DNA of 64,000 nt from Candidatus Aminicenantes bacterium (GCA_963701305.1 OY969586.1:345360-409359), one strand, 5' to 3'. Shown: positions 37,292-47,465, counted from the stretch's first letter. Notes: generated from the sequence alone by a model not told the origin. Program-made: numbers and translations.

Positions 37292-39121
37292 TCAGGCTTT
37301 GAGCAATTCCAGAACGGCATCCTTGATATGTCGGGCGCTGATACCATAGGCGTCGAGGAGCTCGTCGGGCTTCCCCGACCGCGGAAGTTCCCTGATGCTG
37401 AGATGGATCATCCTGGCTTGCCCCCCCAGGGCACCGGCCACGGCGTCGCCCAGGCCTCCCCTCTCGAAATGGTCCTCGGCCACAACGGCCTTTCCCCCGC
37501 ACTCCTTCACTTCCCGAAGGATATTGATTTTATCCAGGGGCTCGACGGAATAGGCATCGATCACCCGGATATTGACGTTCCTTTTCTTGAGCTCCTCGTA
37601 AGCCTTCAAGGACTCATGGACTGTGATTCCGGCACCAATGACAGCCGCCACGTCTCCCATCTCCCGCCGCAGCACCTTGGAACCGCCGATGGGAAATTTT
37701 TCCCCCTTAGCGTAGATCAATGGGGTGGCGGGCCTGGTCGTTCGGATGTAGGCCATCCCGACATGTTCGGCCATGGATTGAACGCAGCCTTCGGCCGAAT
37801 GGGCGTCGCTCGGATAGAGAACGGCACATCCAGGAATCGGGCGGAAAATGGCCAGGTCTTCGAGCCCCATCTGCGAGGGACCGTCTTCGCCGATGCTTAC
37901 GCCGACATGAGAGCCGCAGAGTTTGAGGTTGGAGAAAGAATAAGCCGCCATCCGGATCTGGTCGTGGGCCCGGCTCAAAAAAGCGGCGAAGGTGGCCACG
38001 AAAGGAATCAATCCTTTGGCTGACATCCCGATCCCCATCCCGACCATATTCTGTTCGGAGATATAAGACTCAAAAGACCTCCGGGGAAAAGCGGCAAAGA
38101 ACTTATCGGCGTAAGTCGAATTCTTGACATCGCCGTCGATGGCGACGACCGCCTGATTGACTTTGCCCAGGCCCAGAAGGGCATTGCCGTAAGCGAATCG
38201 CGTGGCTGTCTTTTCCTTGTAGTCCGTCTTTTCGAAATCAGAATTCACGACCAAGTCGGGGCGCGAGGATTTCCGGCCGGGCCTGATATATTTCCTGGAA
38301 TCGATCACCGGCATCGGACCGATTTCCCCGAGGGCCTTGCCCAGCTCCTCTTCCTTCAAGGGCCTGCCGTGCCAGCCGTTCAGGTTTTCAATGAAGGAGA
38401 CCCCCTTCCCCTTGATCGTCTTGGCCAGGATGACTGTCGGCAATCTCTTCTTCCCCGCTTGCGACAGGGCCTCCAGGATCTCGGCCACCTTGTGCCCGTT
38501 AACTGTATGAACATCCCAGCCGAAAGCGCCGAACTTGCGCGCATAGGCCCGGAGGTTGTGTCCGTGCATGGTCTCGTCGGATTGACCGAGTCTGTTGACG
38601 TCCACGATCGCACACACATTCGAGAGACCGAAATTGACGGCCGCGTTCGCCGCTTCCCAAACCGAGCCTTCGGCGCATTCTCCGTCTCCCATCATCACAA
38701 AAACTCGACCCGGCGATTTTCCCAGTTTCATGGCCAGGGCCATGCCCACTCCGACCGAGAGTCCCTGCCCCAGGCTTCCCGTCGCCGCCTTGACCCACTT
38801 TTCCCGCGGCGTAGGATGGCCTTCGAGATCGCTGCCGTACTTGCGGAGGTTCATGAGTTCGGATGGAGGGATGATCCCCGCCTCAGCATAAGCGGCCCAG
38901 AGGATGGGAGCCGCGTGCCCCTTGGAGAGGATAAACTCGTCGTTTCCCCAATCCTCGGCGTCTTTTGGATTGTATCTCATCACGTCAAAAAAGAGACAGG
39001 CCATAAGCTCGGCCATGGAAAGGCAGGTGCTGGGGTGGCCCGAGCCGGCTCTGGTCGTCATCTCCAGCGAATGAATACGCAGCCTCTTGGCGATTCTCTC
39101 TAATGCCTCGATGCGGTTCAT
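37292..39121 (-). CDS. tkt: Transketolase
   Basis: GSGHP, LSKGHAAP, GSLGQG, GDGE...N (TPP motif), GEDGPSQM; SD GGAGG before the ATG at 39121. Confidence 0.95.
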   Translation of the reverse strand: MNRIEALERIAKRLRIHSLEMTTRAGSGHPSTCLSMAELMACLFFDVMRYNPKDAEDWGNDEFILSKGHAAPILWAAYAEAGIIPPSELMNLRKYGSDLEGHPTPREKWVKAATGSLGQGLSVGVGMALAMKLGKSPGRVFVMMGDGECAEGSVWEAANAAVNFGLSNVCAIVDVNRLGQSDETMHGHNLRAYARKFGAFGWDVHTVNGHKVAEILEALSQAGKKRLPTVILAKTIKGKGVSFIENLNGWHGRPLKEEELGKALGEIGPMPVIDSRKYIRPGRKSSRPDLVVNSDFEKTDYKEKTATRFAYGNALLGLGKVNQAVVAIDGDVKNSTYADKFFAAFPRRSFESYISEQNMVGMGIGMSAKGLIPFVATFAAFLSRAHDQIRMAAYSFSNLKLCGSHVGVSIGEDGPSQMGLEDLAIFRPIPGCAVLYPSDAHSAEGCVQSMAEHVGMAYIRTTRPATPLIYAKGEKFPIGGSKVLRREMGDVAAVIGAGITVHESLKAYEELKKRNVNIRVIDAYSVEPLDKINILREVKECGGKAVVAEDHFERGGLGDAVAGALGGQARMIHLSIRELPRSGKPDELLDAYGISARHIKDAVLELLKA

Positions 39122-39360
39122 CGTTCCCTCCTCCTTGGCCATCGAATCCGGAAGACGCGGTTCAGATTGCTGGGAGGGGACATTATATTATCTTGCCCCG
39201 GTCTAAACAACTGAATTTGTCAAGGAGAAGTTGACCATTCTCCTGTTGCACCGGGGCGCTCATGCATGTATGATAATCCGGCCCGAAGCTAAAAACCGAG
39301 TTCGATAATTTCCCTGAGCAGTCAAGCTGGCGATCATTCAAAAGACCGAAGAGGAGTCCC

Positions 39361-39828
39361 ATGAGTGTCATTCATGCTCTTTCCCTGGCCATTGAGCTGG
39401 AGCTCAAGGTCTCCGACGCCTACAGGAGATTGAGCGAATTGGTGGTCGATGGGGTTGTCAAAAAAAACCTCCTCACCCTCTCTCAGGACGAGGTCGTTCA
39501 TGCCAACACCCTGAGAACAGGAAAGAGCCACGCCGCCTCTCAACCCGAGGCCTTTGAATCCGAAAGAATTTCCGAGGAGCAACTGGCTGAAAACATCGCC
39601 CTCACCGATGGTCTCCTCAAGAACCTCGAAGATAAAGCGATCGGATTCGAAGATGCGCTCAGGCGGATCAAAGACTTGGAGGGCCGGTTTGAAAAGGCCC
39701 ACCTCAACACCCTTTTGGAAGTCAAGGATCCGTCCCTGAAGCAGCTCTTCAACGCCCTGAGTTCGGGAGACCGGGAGCACTCCAGGAGGCTGGAGGAGCT
39801 TGTCCGAACGCTCTATGGGCAAAGCTAG
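39361..39828 (+). CDS. Ferritin/rubrerythrin-like protein
   Basis: Two E...Y/H...L..(D/E)xxH helical repeats (DEVVH, DREH). Confidence 0.72.
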   Translation: MSVIHALSLAIELELKVSDAYRRLSELVVDGVVKKNLLTLSQDEVVHANTLRTGKSHAASQPEAFESERISEEQLAENIALTDGLLKNLEDKAIGFEDALRRIKDLEGRFEKAHLNTLLEVKDPSLKQLFNALSSGDREHSRRLEELVRTLYGQS

Positions 39829-39843
39829 GGCATGAACCCGATT

Positions 39844-40635
39844 TTATTCCCCGATCCGGACCAGTAGTCCCTTCCTCTTCACGATCTTAAAAACCCGGTC
39901 AAACACCGCCAGGGATATCGCGAGATAGATGGCGTTCAGACCGAAAGACCAGGCCAGCTCTCGGACGGGGATGGCATGAGTGTTGATAACCTCCCGCATC
40001 CCCTCAAAGACATAAGAGGCGGGGACGAACCGGGCGACGCTCCGGAGGACCTTAGGAAGTACCGAAACCGGATAAAACACAGCCGAGATGGGCTGAAAGA
40101 AAAAGGCGATACCCCAAGCGAGAATCTCCGCCTGCTGCCCGAACCTCAGGATGAGGGAGGTTGTGATGATGCCGACCGCCCAACCCATGAGCACGAGGCT
40201 CAGCACAAACGGAATAAGGGATAGGCCGATGAGAAAGATATCAAAAGAATAGAAGACCCAGGCCAGGAACGAGATAATGGTCGAGGTGATAACGATTTTG
40301 AAGCAGCTTACGAGCAGCAACGAAACGAGGTATTCGCCCGGAGTCAGCGGGCTGACGAAAAGATTGAGGAAGTTACGTGCCCAGACATCCTCGAGGAAAG
40401 AAACGGAGATCCCCTGCTGAGAGCGGAACAGGATGTCCCAGAGGATCAGAGCGCCGAGGAAAAAAGCGACAAAGTTCGGCAGACTCTTCGGGCTCTTGGC
40501 CAGGTAAAGTGTGATAAAGCCCCATAAAAGGAGATCGAGAAAGGGCCAATAGAAAATTTCCATCAGTCTGGGGAGGCTGCGTTTATAGAGGTACATGTGG
40601 CGAACAAACAGGGCCAAGATGCGGTGGCCGCTCAC
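39844..40635 (-). CDS. ABC-2 transporter permease
   Basis: Six TM segments; FYPVSVLP, PASYVFEGMR; ATGA coupling to the ATPase gene. Confidence 0.9.
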   Translation of the reverse strand: MSGHRILALFVRHMYLYKRSLPRLMEIFYWPFLDLLLWGFITLYLAKSPKSLPNFVAFFLGALILWDILFRSQQGISVSFLEDVWARNFLNLFVSPLTPGEYLVSLLLVSCFKIVITSTIISFLAWVFYSFDIFLIGLSLIPFVLSLVLMGWAVGIITTSLILRFGQQAEILAWGIAFFFQPISAVFYPVSVLPKVLRSVARFVPASYVFEGMREVINTHAIPVRELAWSFGLNAIYLAISLAVFDRVFKIVKRKGLLVRIGE

Positions 40636-41432
40636 TCCTGCGCCTCGCTTTTCTCCCTGGTCACTTTGAGGAAGACTTCCTCCAGCGATCTCCGGTTGAA
40701 GCGACTGATCACTTCTTGGGGGGTCCCCTGGGCGATGATCCGGCCCCTGTTCAGGAAAATAATCCGGTCCGAGATCTCCTCCATCTCTTTCATGTTATGG
40801 GAGGTGTAAAGGATCGAGATTCCCTGTTCGGCTTTGATCTTTCTCAACAACGATCTCGTTTTGTCGGCGATGTCCGGATCCAGGCTCGCCGTCGGCTCAT
40901 CGAGAAAAAGGACCCTGGGATCATTGATCAGGGACTTGGCCAGGTTGAGTCGCGTGAGCTGGCCCGAAGACAGGCTCCGAACCTGTTTATCTTTGACTTC
41001 TTCCATCTCAAACGTCGTCAGCACCTGAAGGATCTTTTGTTCTTTACCCTTGACGTTATAGAGCCGAGCGAACACCAGAAGGCTTTCCCGGACGGTTAAG
41101 GAAAAGGGCATGGAGACATAGGTTGAGGAAAAGTTGACGTTCTTGAGGATTTCTTCCCGCTCCCTGGACAGGTCTAGGCCGAAGACTCTGATGCTGCCGG
41201 AATTCGGGGTCGTCAGACCGAGAAGCATATGGATGATCGTCGTCTTCCCGGCACCGTTGGGTCCCAGAAGTCCCAAGATCTCCCCGGCCCGAACTTGGAA
41301 TGAAACATCGTCCACAGCTCGCAAGGTCTTGAAGAGCTTGGTCAGGCCAAGGACTTCGACGACCACATCAGACTGGGGGACGTTCCCCAAGGGGACACCC
41401 TGTCGATGTCCACGGTGCGCCGAAGAATACAT
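40632..41432 (-). CDS. ABC transporter ATP-binding protein (start uncertain)
   Basis: GPNGAGKTT, LSSGQ, FLDEPT. Confidence 0.92.
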   Translation of the reverse strand: MYSSAHRGHRQGVPLGNVPQSDVVVEVLGLTKLFKTLRAVDDVSFQVRAGEILGLLGPNGAGKTTIIHMLLGLTTPNSGSIRVFGLDLSREREEILKNVNFSSTYVSMPFSLTVRESLLVFARLYNVKGKEQKILQVLTTFEMEEVKDKQVRSLSSGQLTRLNLAKSLINDPRVLFLDEPTASLDPDIADKTRSLLRKIKAEQGISILYTSHNMKEMEEISDRIIFLNRGRIIAQGTPQEVISRFNRRSLEEVFLKVTREKSEAQE

Positions 41433-41690
41433 ATTTCCTCTCAGGATGATTTTTTCTTATCTTTCTTACTTCTGAACAATTGAAAAATCAAGAGAAAACT
41501 TAGAAAAATCGTGAAACTCCAAGACCGCGGCGGCGAATTCGAGCTGTCCCCCTTGGGAAAGTTCCGCCAACGGACAGGCGGTTGAATAAGGCTCATGGGG
41601 TCAAGTTTTCGACCTTCGCCAACGAGAATTCAGGGTTGCACTCCAAAATAGCGTGGTGTAATGTTAAGTCGGTTTTTCAAAGGAGGACAA

Positions 41691-42128
41691 GTGAAGAGAT
41701 TAACCCTTTTGATATTGATCGTTCTCTTGGCAGGGGAATTTTCTGGCGGCGAAAATACAGCCGGGGCGGGAAAAGAAATCGAGTCCCTGCTCGACGTTCA
41801 AAAAGCAACCTGGAACCGGGGCGATCTGGATACCTATATGAAATACTATTGGAATTCTGAGGCCCTCACTTTCCAATCAGGGGCCCAGCGGCTTCAGGGC
41901 TGGAAAGCGCTTCTCGCTCGGTATCAGAAAAACTATGGCGGAGATAATGGGGATATGGGAAGCCTCGATTTCACAGACCTGATGATTCGTGTTTTGTCGG
42001 GGGAGCATGCCTATGTCTTGGGTCGGTGGAAAGTGGTCCAGAAAGGGGTAGCCAGGGAGGGAGTTTTCACGCTCATCCTTAAAAGGATGCCCGATGGCTG
42101 GAGAATCATCCACGATCATACTTCATAA
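41691..42128 (+). CDS. NTF2-like/DUF4440 (YybH-like) exported protein
   Basis: SD AGGAGG plus GTG start; WNRGDLD.YM, GWRIIHDHTS. Confidence 0.85.
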   Translation: MKRLTLLILIVLLAGEFSGGENTAGAGKEIESLLDVQKATWNRGDLDTYMKYYWNSEALTFQSGAQRLQGWKALLARYQKNYGGDNGDMGSLDFTDLMIRVLSGEHAYVLGRWKVVQKGVAREGVFTLILKRMPDGWRIIHDHTS

Positions 42129-42146
42129 TATAAGTGAACAGTGAGC

Positions 42147-42534
42147 GGAGCCATTACTTTTCTGGGATAGAAGGGCTTTAGAAAGGACTTTGCTCCCCAA
42201 GCTCCGATCGGCGACCCGAGAGCCACGTCTTTATCGGCTCTTCCGGGTCAGGCTCCAGATCAACCACGATCGAGGGAGATGGGGCCCCGCGACGGCGCTC
42301 CCCCATCCTCGGCAAAATTCAGGGACATATGTCCCAACTCTCTTGAACAAGACAAGTACCCTCCAGAATTTTGCGCTGCGGGTGGGGGGTCCCCACGCCT
42401 GCCCCCCATCTCCCAATAAATTCGATTAAGCAACGGGGCACGGAGGACGGACCGTCGATTTGTCTAGGCTGATCTCCGCTTCATGGTCGCTCCAGCTCTT
42501 TCCAAAGCCCCTCCTCGATAATCAAATGATTGGA
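42147..42534 (-). repeat. Dispersed ~390 bp structured element, copy 2
   Basis: Reverse-complement homolog of 19337-19687 with a ~40 nt insertion; terminal arms at 42166-42189 and 42494-42519; flanked by 7-mer arrays at 42134-42147 and 42576-42589. Confidence 0.88.
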
Positions 42535-42586
42535 GGCGGCAACCCGGTGTGCAGTCTCAAAGAAAATAGTGGACGCTGCTCACAGC

Positions 42587-43915
42587 TCACTTGCCATAAG
42601 GTGCATCAGGAAAGACGATGAGCGGAGTCCTTCCCTGCTCGAAGTCGTCGAGTCGCAGCAAGAACATCCCGATCCCGGCCGCGCCCTGCATCAGGCCTGT
42701 CTGCGCGATGAGGAGGTCGGGCTTGACCCTGTGTTCGGCCTGGATCCATTTCATCTTATCGCCCTCGACAGTCGCCTTGGCCAGCAATTGAGCCGTGATC
42801 CTTCGGCAAAAATCCAGGTAAGTTTTCTCCTTGGTGAGCCGGTAGAGGTTGAGAAAAAAGTCTCCAACTCCGGCCGACCCACAGCAGATCCCGGCGTTGT
42901 TCCAGAAGCCTGGGGCCTGTTTTTCGGGGATCCCACTCTCCGTGATTCCCCGCGCCGATTTGCGCATCCACTCCATCCAAGTCTTGTCTTTGGTGACCTG
43001 ATACAATCGGCAGAACAACTGGGCCGTCCCCACCGGCCCATGGCACCAGCCGAGATAATAGAGGTTCTTGCTATCGGGCTCGTTATGGAAGATGAGACAA
43101 ACATCTCCTTCCGTCTTGGCAATCTGGGTCAGGTAACGAGCTCCGGCCAAGGCTGCATCGAGATATTCTTTTTTGCCGGTTTCTTCATAAAGACTGGCCA
43201 GAAAATAGGCGATCCCGGCCGTCCCGTGTGAAAAATTGGGCATCAGACGGGGAAAGCCGGGGTCCATCGCCCACTTCAGGCCCCCCTCCTCGGGCTTGCC
43301 CAACTCGATGAGCCTGGCCCCTGCTTTCTCAGCCAGAGCGAGCCAGGCAGGATCTTTGGTTTCATGACTGGAATAAATCAAGAACAGGCCGGTTCCGGCA
43401 TCCCCGGAGATGATGTCGGTGACCGTGCCCCATTCGATTCCTCGGCCGGCCTGAGCGGCGCCGGCCTTGATTTTTTCTAAACAGCTCAAAAAGCCGTCCC
43501 TGTATTTTGTCGCCTGGCTGGCCTTGTAAGTTTCCGCGAGGGCAAAGCCGATTCCGGAAAGGCCTTCGTACAGCCCGGCCCCCTTCTCTTCGGCCAGGGT
43601 CGAAAGCAAGTAGTCCGAGCCCGCGCAGGCGTCTTTGAGGAAGTCCTTGTCGGCCGTGGAATTGTAGGCCTCGAGGAAAAAGAGGACGATTCCCGGAGTC
43701 CCGGCATAAAGGCTGTTATTCACGGTCTTGGGGTCGTTCGGGTCGGCCGGCCAGGTGGTGCCCTGCGGTGTCTGGAGAGCCACGGACCTGATCCAATTGG
43801 CTGCTTTCAGCGCGGCTTCGAGATTAGGCCTTTGGATTCCAGCCGCCAGTGAAGTCAACCAGAAAATAACCGTCAGGACGACCGCAGCCCCAAATTTGCT
43901 TTTTTTTGATTTCAT
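42587..43915 (-). CDS. Stand-alone exported LanC-like (lanthionine synthetase C family) protein
   Basis: Signal peptide; repeated GxxG loops; FSHGTAG, GWCHG, ICCGSAG, GLMQGAAG. Confidence 0.85.
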   Translation of the reverse strand: MKSKKSKFGAAVVLTVIFWLTSLAAGIQRPNLEAALKAANWIRSVALQTPQGTTWPADPNDPKTVNNSLYAGTPGIVLFFLEAYNSTADKDFLKDACAGSDYLLSTLAEEKGAGLYEGLSGIGFALAETYKASQATKYRDGFLSCLEKIKAGAAQAGRGIEWGTVTDIISGDAGTGLFLIYSSHETKDPAWLALAEKAGARLIELGKPEEGGLKWAMDPGFPRLMPNFSHGTAGIAYFLASLYEETGKKEYLDAALAGARYLTQIAKTEGDVCLIFHNEPDSKNLYYLGWCHGPVGTAQLFCRLYQVTKDKTWMEWMRKSARGITESGIPEKQAPGFWNNAGICCGSAGVGDFFLNLYRLTKEKTYLDFCRRITAQLLAKATVEGDKMKWIQAEHRVKPDLLIAQTGLMQGAAGIGMFLLRLDDFEQGRTPLIVFPDAPYGK

Positions 43916-43962
43916 GATCACTCCTCGCGTTTTTTGAAGTCGGCAATAGAATTCAATGCTCC

Positions 43963-44991
43963 TCATGCCCGCCAAGGCTGGGGAATGAAGACCTTTTCAA
44001 AAAGAGCGATGATATAACTATCGGTCATGCCGGCGATAAAATCACCGACCCGCATCTCCAGCGGGTCGCCTTGAGGGTATTCTTTGATACAGTCGCCCGG
44101 GTTTTCCAGGAGATAGCGAAAGAGGTCGGTTATGATCTTTTCGGTCTTTCTGAGCTCGCCACAGGCGTAGGCTGAATAATATACTTTTTCCTGGAGAAAT
44201 TTCCTGAGCTCGAGAACCGCTTTCAGGATCGACGGGCTCATCACGATCCTTTCGAGCCGCGTCCCCAGGCTCGCTTCGACCACATCCATGACCATCTTGT
44301 CGATACGGGTGGCCGGCCACTTTCCCAGGATCCTAACCAGATGGGCCGGGATCTCTTCTTTGGTGAGCATTTCGGCCCGGAGCGCATCGTCAAGATCATG
44401 GTTGACATAGGCGATCACATCCGAGACGCGCACGACCTGGCCTTCGAGTGTCGCAGGCATGTCCTTTTCTTCCTCTTCGAAGATCTCGCCCATGCCTTTG
44501 GAGTGCTTAGAAATGCCGTCCCTCACTTCAAAAGTCAAGTTCAGTCCCTTGCCCTCGTGTTCGAGTTTGTCAACGACCCTGAGGCTCTGCTCGTAATGGC
44601 TGAATCCGCCGGGGAGCAGCTTGGCCAGGGTCTCTTCGCCGGCGTGCCCGAAGGGAGTGTGGCCGAGGTCATGGCCGAGGGCGATGGCTTCGGTCAAGTC
44701 CTCGTTGAGCCGCAGGGCTTTGGCGATCGTCCTGGCAATCTGGGAGACCTCGAGGGTATGGGTCAGGCGCGTCCGGTAGTGGTCGCCGAAGGGAGCCAAA
44801 AAGACCTGTGTCTTGTGCTTGAGACGCCGAAAGGATTTGCAGTGGATGATCCGGTCCCTGTCCCGCTGAAAGCCTGTCCGCAGAGAGTGGGGAGCTTCGG
44901 GCTTTAGCCGCCCCCGCGACTTGGCGCTTAGGCAGGCTTTGGGCGAGAGCATCTTGAGTTCGATGTCCTCGATATTTTCCCGGATGTTCAT
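43963..44991 (-). CDS. dgt: dGTP triphosphohydrolase (HD family)
   Basis: [36 protein letters not shown]. Confidence 0.94.
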   Translation of the reverse strand: MNIRENIEDIELKMLSPKACLSAKSRGRLKPEAPHSLRTGFQRDRDRIIHCKSFRRLKHKTQVFLAPFGDHYRTRLTHTLEVSQIARTIAKALRLNEDLTEAIALGHDLGHTPFGHAGEETLAKLLPGGFSHYEQSLRVVDKLEHEGKGLNLTFEVRDGISKHSKGMGEIFEEEEKDMPATLEGQVVRVSDVIAYVNHDLDDALRAEMLTKEEIPAHLVRILGKWPATRIDKMVMDVVEASLGTRLERIVMSPSILKAVLELRKFLQEKVYYSAYACGELRKTEKIITDLFRYLLENPGDCIKEYPQGDPLEMRVGDFIAGMTDSYIIALFEKVFIPQPWRA

Positions 44992-44992
44992 C

Positions 44993-46213
44993 TCAACCTT
45001 CAGGATTTTCGATCGGCCAGGGAGCGTTCTTTCCGGCTTGGTCGATCAAGATTCCGGGAACGGGAAAATTGATCTCTCTCTGATGGGAGTATTCCATCTT
45101 TTCTGTGACCAGGGCGAGCGACTCGCTAACGCCGAGCCGGTTCATCAAGCCGAACGGACCGGCCGTCCAATGAAAGGCGGATCGGCAGAGGGCATCGGCG
45201 TCCTCGAGACGGATGATCCCGGAATCAACGACTTCGGAGGCGGTCATGAAGGCGACCGCCCAGAATTGTTTCTTGAGCCGGTCCAGGAGGATCGCATTCT
45301 TGGGCTCTTGAAGCAGATCCTCCTCCGCGACCCACTTGACGGCGCTCTTGTCAGCGGCGCGGCCAAATTTCTCAAAGATCTTCTGGGCGCTCGCGGGCAA
45401 ACTGAAAAAATTTTCATAGATCCGCAAGAAAGGGTCATCGGCGTCGGACGAATCGTTGAAAGAGCGCAGACACGAAATCGCCAGGGGAAGGCCGAGGGCG
45501 TTCATCATGCTCAGGAATCCGACTGGAGCGCCGAAGGCCTGCTTTGCGGCGGCCTCGATGCTCGCGGTGTCAAAGCCGTCGTCCACCATCCGGGCGGCCT
45601 CGACCAGGAGGGCGGCGAAGATCACATTGGCGGCTCCACCTCTTCGATATTTCAGGAGGGAAAAAGGAACCCGGCCGGCCCGACGCAGCGGCTCGACGGA
45701 AATCTCGGCACTTCCATTCGGTTCCAAGCCCAACCCGGCGAGTTCGACGGTGCGGTTTTTGTGAGGAGGAAAGAAGTGGTGAGCCCAGGCGACTTTTCCG
45801 GGCCGGCGCGTTTCCCCCGCCAGGAGCCGAGCGTCGAGGCAGGATGTATTGGTGGCCAGAACGGCCCGAGGAGGACAAAGCCTGTCCAGTGACCGGAAGA
45901 TCTCTTTTTTGACGGCCAAATCCTCGGTCGCAGTTTCGAGGACGATCTCGAGGTTCTTGCCGGAGCAGGCGACTTCGAGTTGAGTGGTGGCCAGGATCCT
46001 CGCTCTTGCTTCTTCAGCTCGGGAACGGGAAAAGATCTTCTCGGCAACCGCCGCCTCGAGCTCGCGGTCGATGATGAAAAGGGCCCGCTTGAGGCTTTCC
46101 TCACGACGCCCGACGAGCCCGACTCTGATCCCATTCAGGGCATATGCCGGAGCGAGAAGTGCCCCCATGATTCCGGAGCCCACGATCGTGAATTCAACGT
46201 CATCCCAGATCAT
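44993..46213 (-). CDS. 3-hydroxyacyl-CoA dehydrogenase family protein
   Basis: GSGIMG, E...EDL..K, ATNTS, HFFPP; duplicated C-terminal domain. Confidence 0.85.
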   Translation of the reverse strand: MIWDDVEFTIVGSGIMGALLAPAYALNGIRVGLVGRREESLKRALFIIDRELEAAVAEKIFSRSRAEEARARILATTQLEVACSGKNLEIVLETATEDLAVKKEIFRSLDRLCPPRAVLATNTSCLDARLLAGETRRPGKVAWAHHFFPPHKNRTVELAGLGLEPNGSAEISVEPLRRAGRVPFSLLKYRRGGAANVIFAALLVEAARMVDDGFDTASIEAAAKQAFGAPVGFLSMMNALGLPLAISCLRSFNDSSDADDPFLRIYENFFSLPASAQKIFEKFGRAADKSAVKWVAEEDLLQEPKNAILLDRLKKQFWAVAFMTASEVVDSGIIRLEDADALCRSAFHWTAGPFGLMNRLGVSESLALVTEKMEYSHQREINFPVPGILIDQAGKNAPWPIENPEG

Positions 46214-46420
46214 TCTCGCCTCCAGGAGGTTTCTCACCTCGCTTATAACAAATAGCATCCAACTCGTCAACAAACGAGCAAGTAGTGAGCCGTGAGCCGT
46301 GAGCAGACAAAAGCCAAAGGATTTTTCATTCTTTGATATCATGGCCGGGGAGGCTTGCATTTTCTTTCGGCAAGCTTTAATTTAGTTGAAGAAGAGAATT
46401 GACAGCTTGGAGCCAGATTG

Positions 46421-47074
46421 ATGACGATCAGAGAGAACGTAAAAAAGATCCTGGAAGAGCTCCCGAAGGGAGTCGAGCTCGTGGCGGCCGCCAAAGCCAA
46501 GACGCCGGATGAAATCAGAGAAGCCGTGGAGGCGGGCGTCAGGATCATCGGCGAGAATTATGTTCAGGAAGCGGTCGAGGCGTTTAAAGTCATAGGACAC
46601 GGCTCCCAGTGGCATTTTATCGGCCATTTGCAGAAGAACAAGGTCCGCAAAGCAATCGAGATCTTCGACCTAGTGGAGACCTTGGATTCGGTCGAGCTCG
46701 GTGATGAGATAGACAAACGATGTGCTTCCGCAGGAAAGATCATGCCCGTCTTCGTCGAGATCAACAGCGGACGCGAGCCTCAGAAGTTTGGCGTCCTGCC
46801 CGAAGAGGCTGAAACCTTGATCAGAGAGCTCGCAAACCTCAAGAATATAAGGGTCACCGGCCTGATGACCATGGGACCGTTCGAAGGTGATCCGGAGGAT
46901 GCCCGACCCTATTTTAAGGAAACAAAAAAGGTGTTCGATGAGATCAGGGTCCGAAACCTGCCCGGAGTGGAGATGAATTATCTCTCTATGGGAATGACCA
47001 ATTCCTACCGCGTGGCAATCGAGGAAGGCGCCAATATGGTCAGGATCGGGACCAAGATCTTCGGCCCTCGTTGA
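46421..47074 (+). CDS. yggS: PLP homeostasis protein YggS
   Basis: GENYVQE, WHFIGHLQKNK, GLMTM, LSMGMT, MVRIGT.IFG. Confidence 0.95.
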   Translation: MTIRENVKKILEELPKGVELVAAAKAKTPDEIREAVEAGVRIIGENYVQEAVEAFKVIGHGSQWHFIGHLQKNKVRKAIEIFDLVETLDSVELGDEIDKRCASAGKIMPVFVEINSGREPQKFGVLPEEAETLIRELANLKNIRVTGLMTMGPFEGDPEDARPYFKETKKVFDEIRVRNLPGVEMNYLSMGMTNSYRVAIEEGANMVRIGTKIFGPR

Positions 47075-47087
47075 AGGACCAGGAACC

Positions 47088-47465
47088 CTAGCGGGCTTGA
47101 TAGTATCTTATGATCCTTCCTCTATCTTCGTTTTCTTTATCCCCCTTAAAATGGATTTCGATGAGTTCAATCCTATCCTCTTGCTCGAGATAAGCATAGA
47201 TTATGCGCATTCCTGAATTGCCGCCCTTTCCTTTTAGAGACCGGCAGGCGAATTTTTTAGCCTTGTAGATTTTGGGGTACTCTATTTTTAACCCCGAGAT
47301 TTGGAAGATACCTTTATTATCGATCTTTAGCTTATGAAAAAGAGGAAGTTGGGTCTCGATAAAGGTTTCCACGTCGCCGTCTAAGGATTGAAATCTCTTG
47401 AGCAGCTTTTTTAGATCCTTATCGAACTCAGGAAGAGGCCGGACCTCATTGAATATCTCCATCAT
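47088..47465 (-). CDS. Putative RelE/ParE-fold toxin
   Basis: FDKDLKKLLKRF.SL..D and KGGNSGMRIIY...IELIEI.FK.DKEN; overlaps the upstream antitoxin gene. Confidence 0.72.
   Translation of the reverse strand: MMEIFNEVRPLPEFDKDLKKLLKRFQSLDGDVETFIETQLPLFHKLKIDNKGIFQISGLKIEYPKIYKAKKFACRSLKGKGGNSGMRIIYAYLEQEDRIELIEIHFKGDKENEDRGRIIRYYQAR

Noticed and set aside
39844-43915. ABC exporter plus LanC-like gene as a lanthipeptide cluster
   Set aside because: There is no precursor peptide or dehydratase, the genes are separated by an opposite-strand gene, and the LanC-like protein appears exported.
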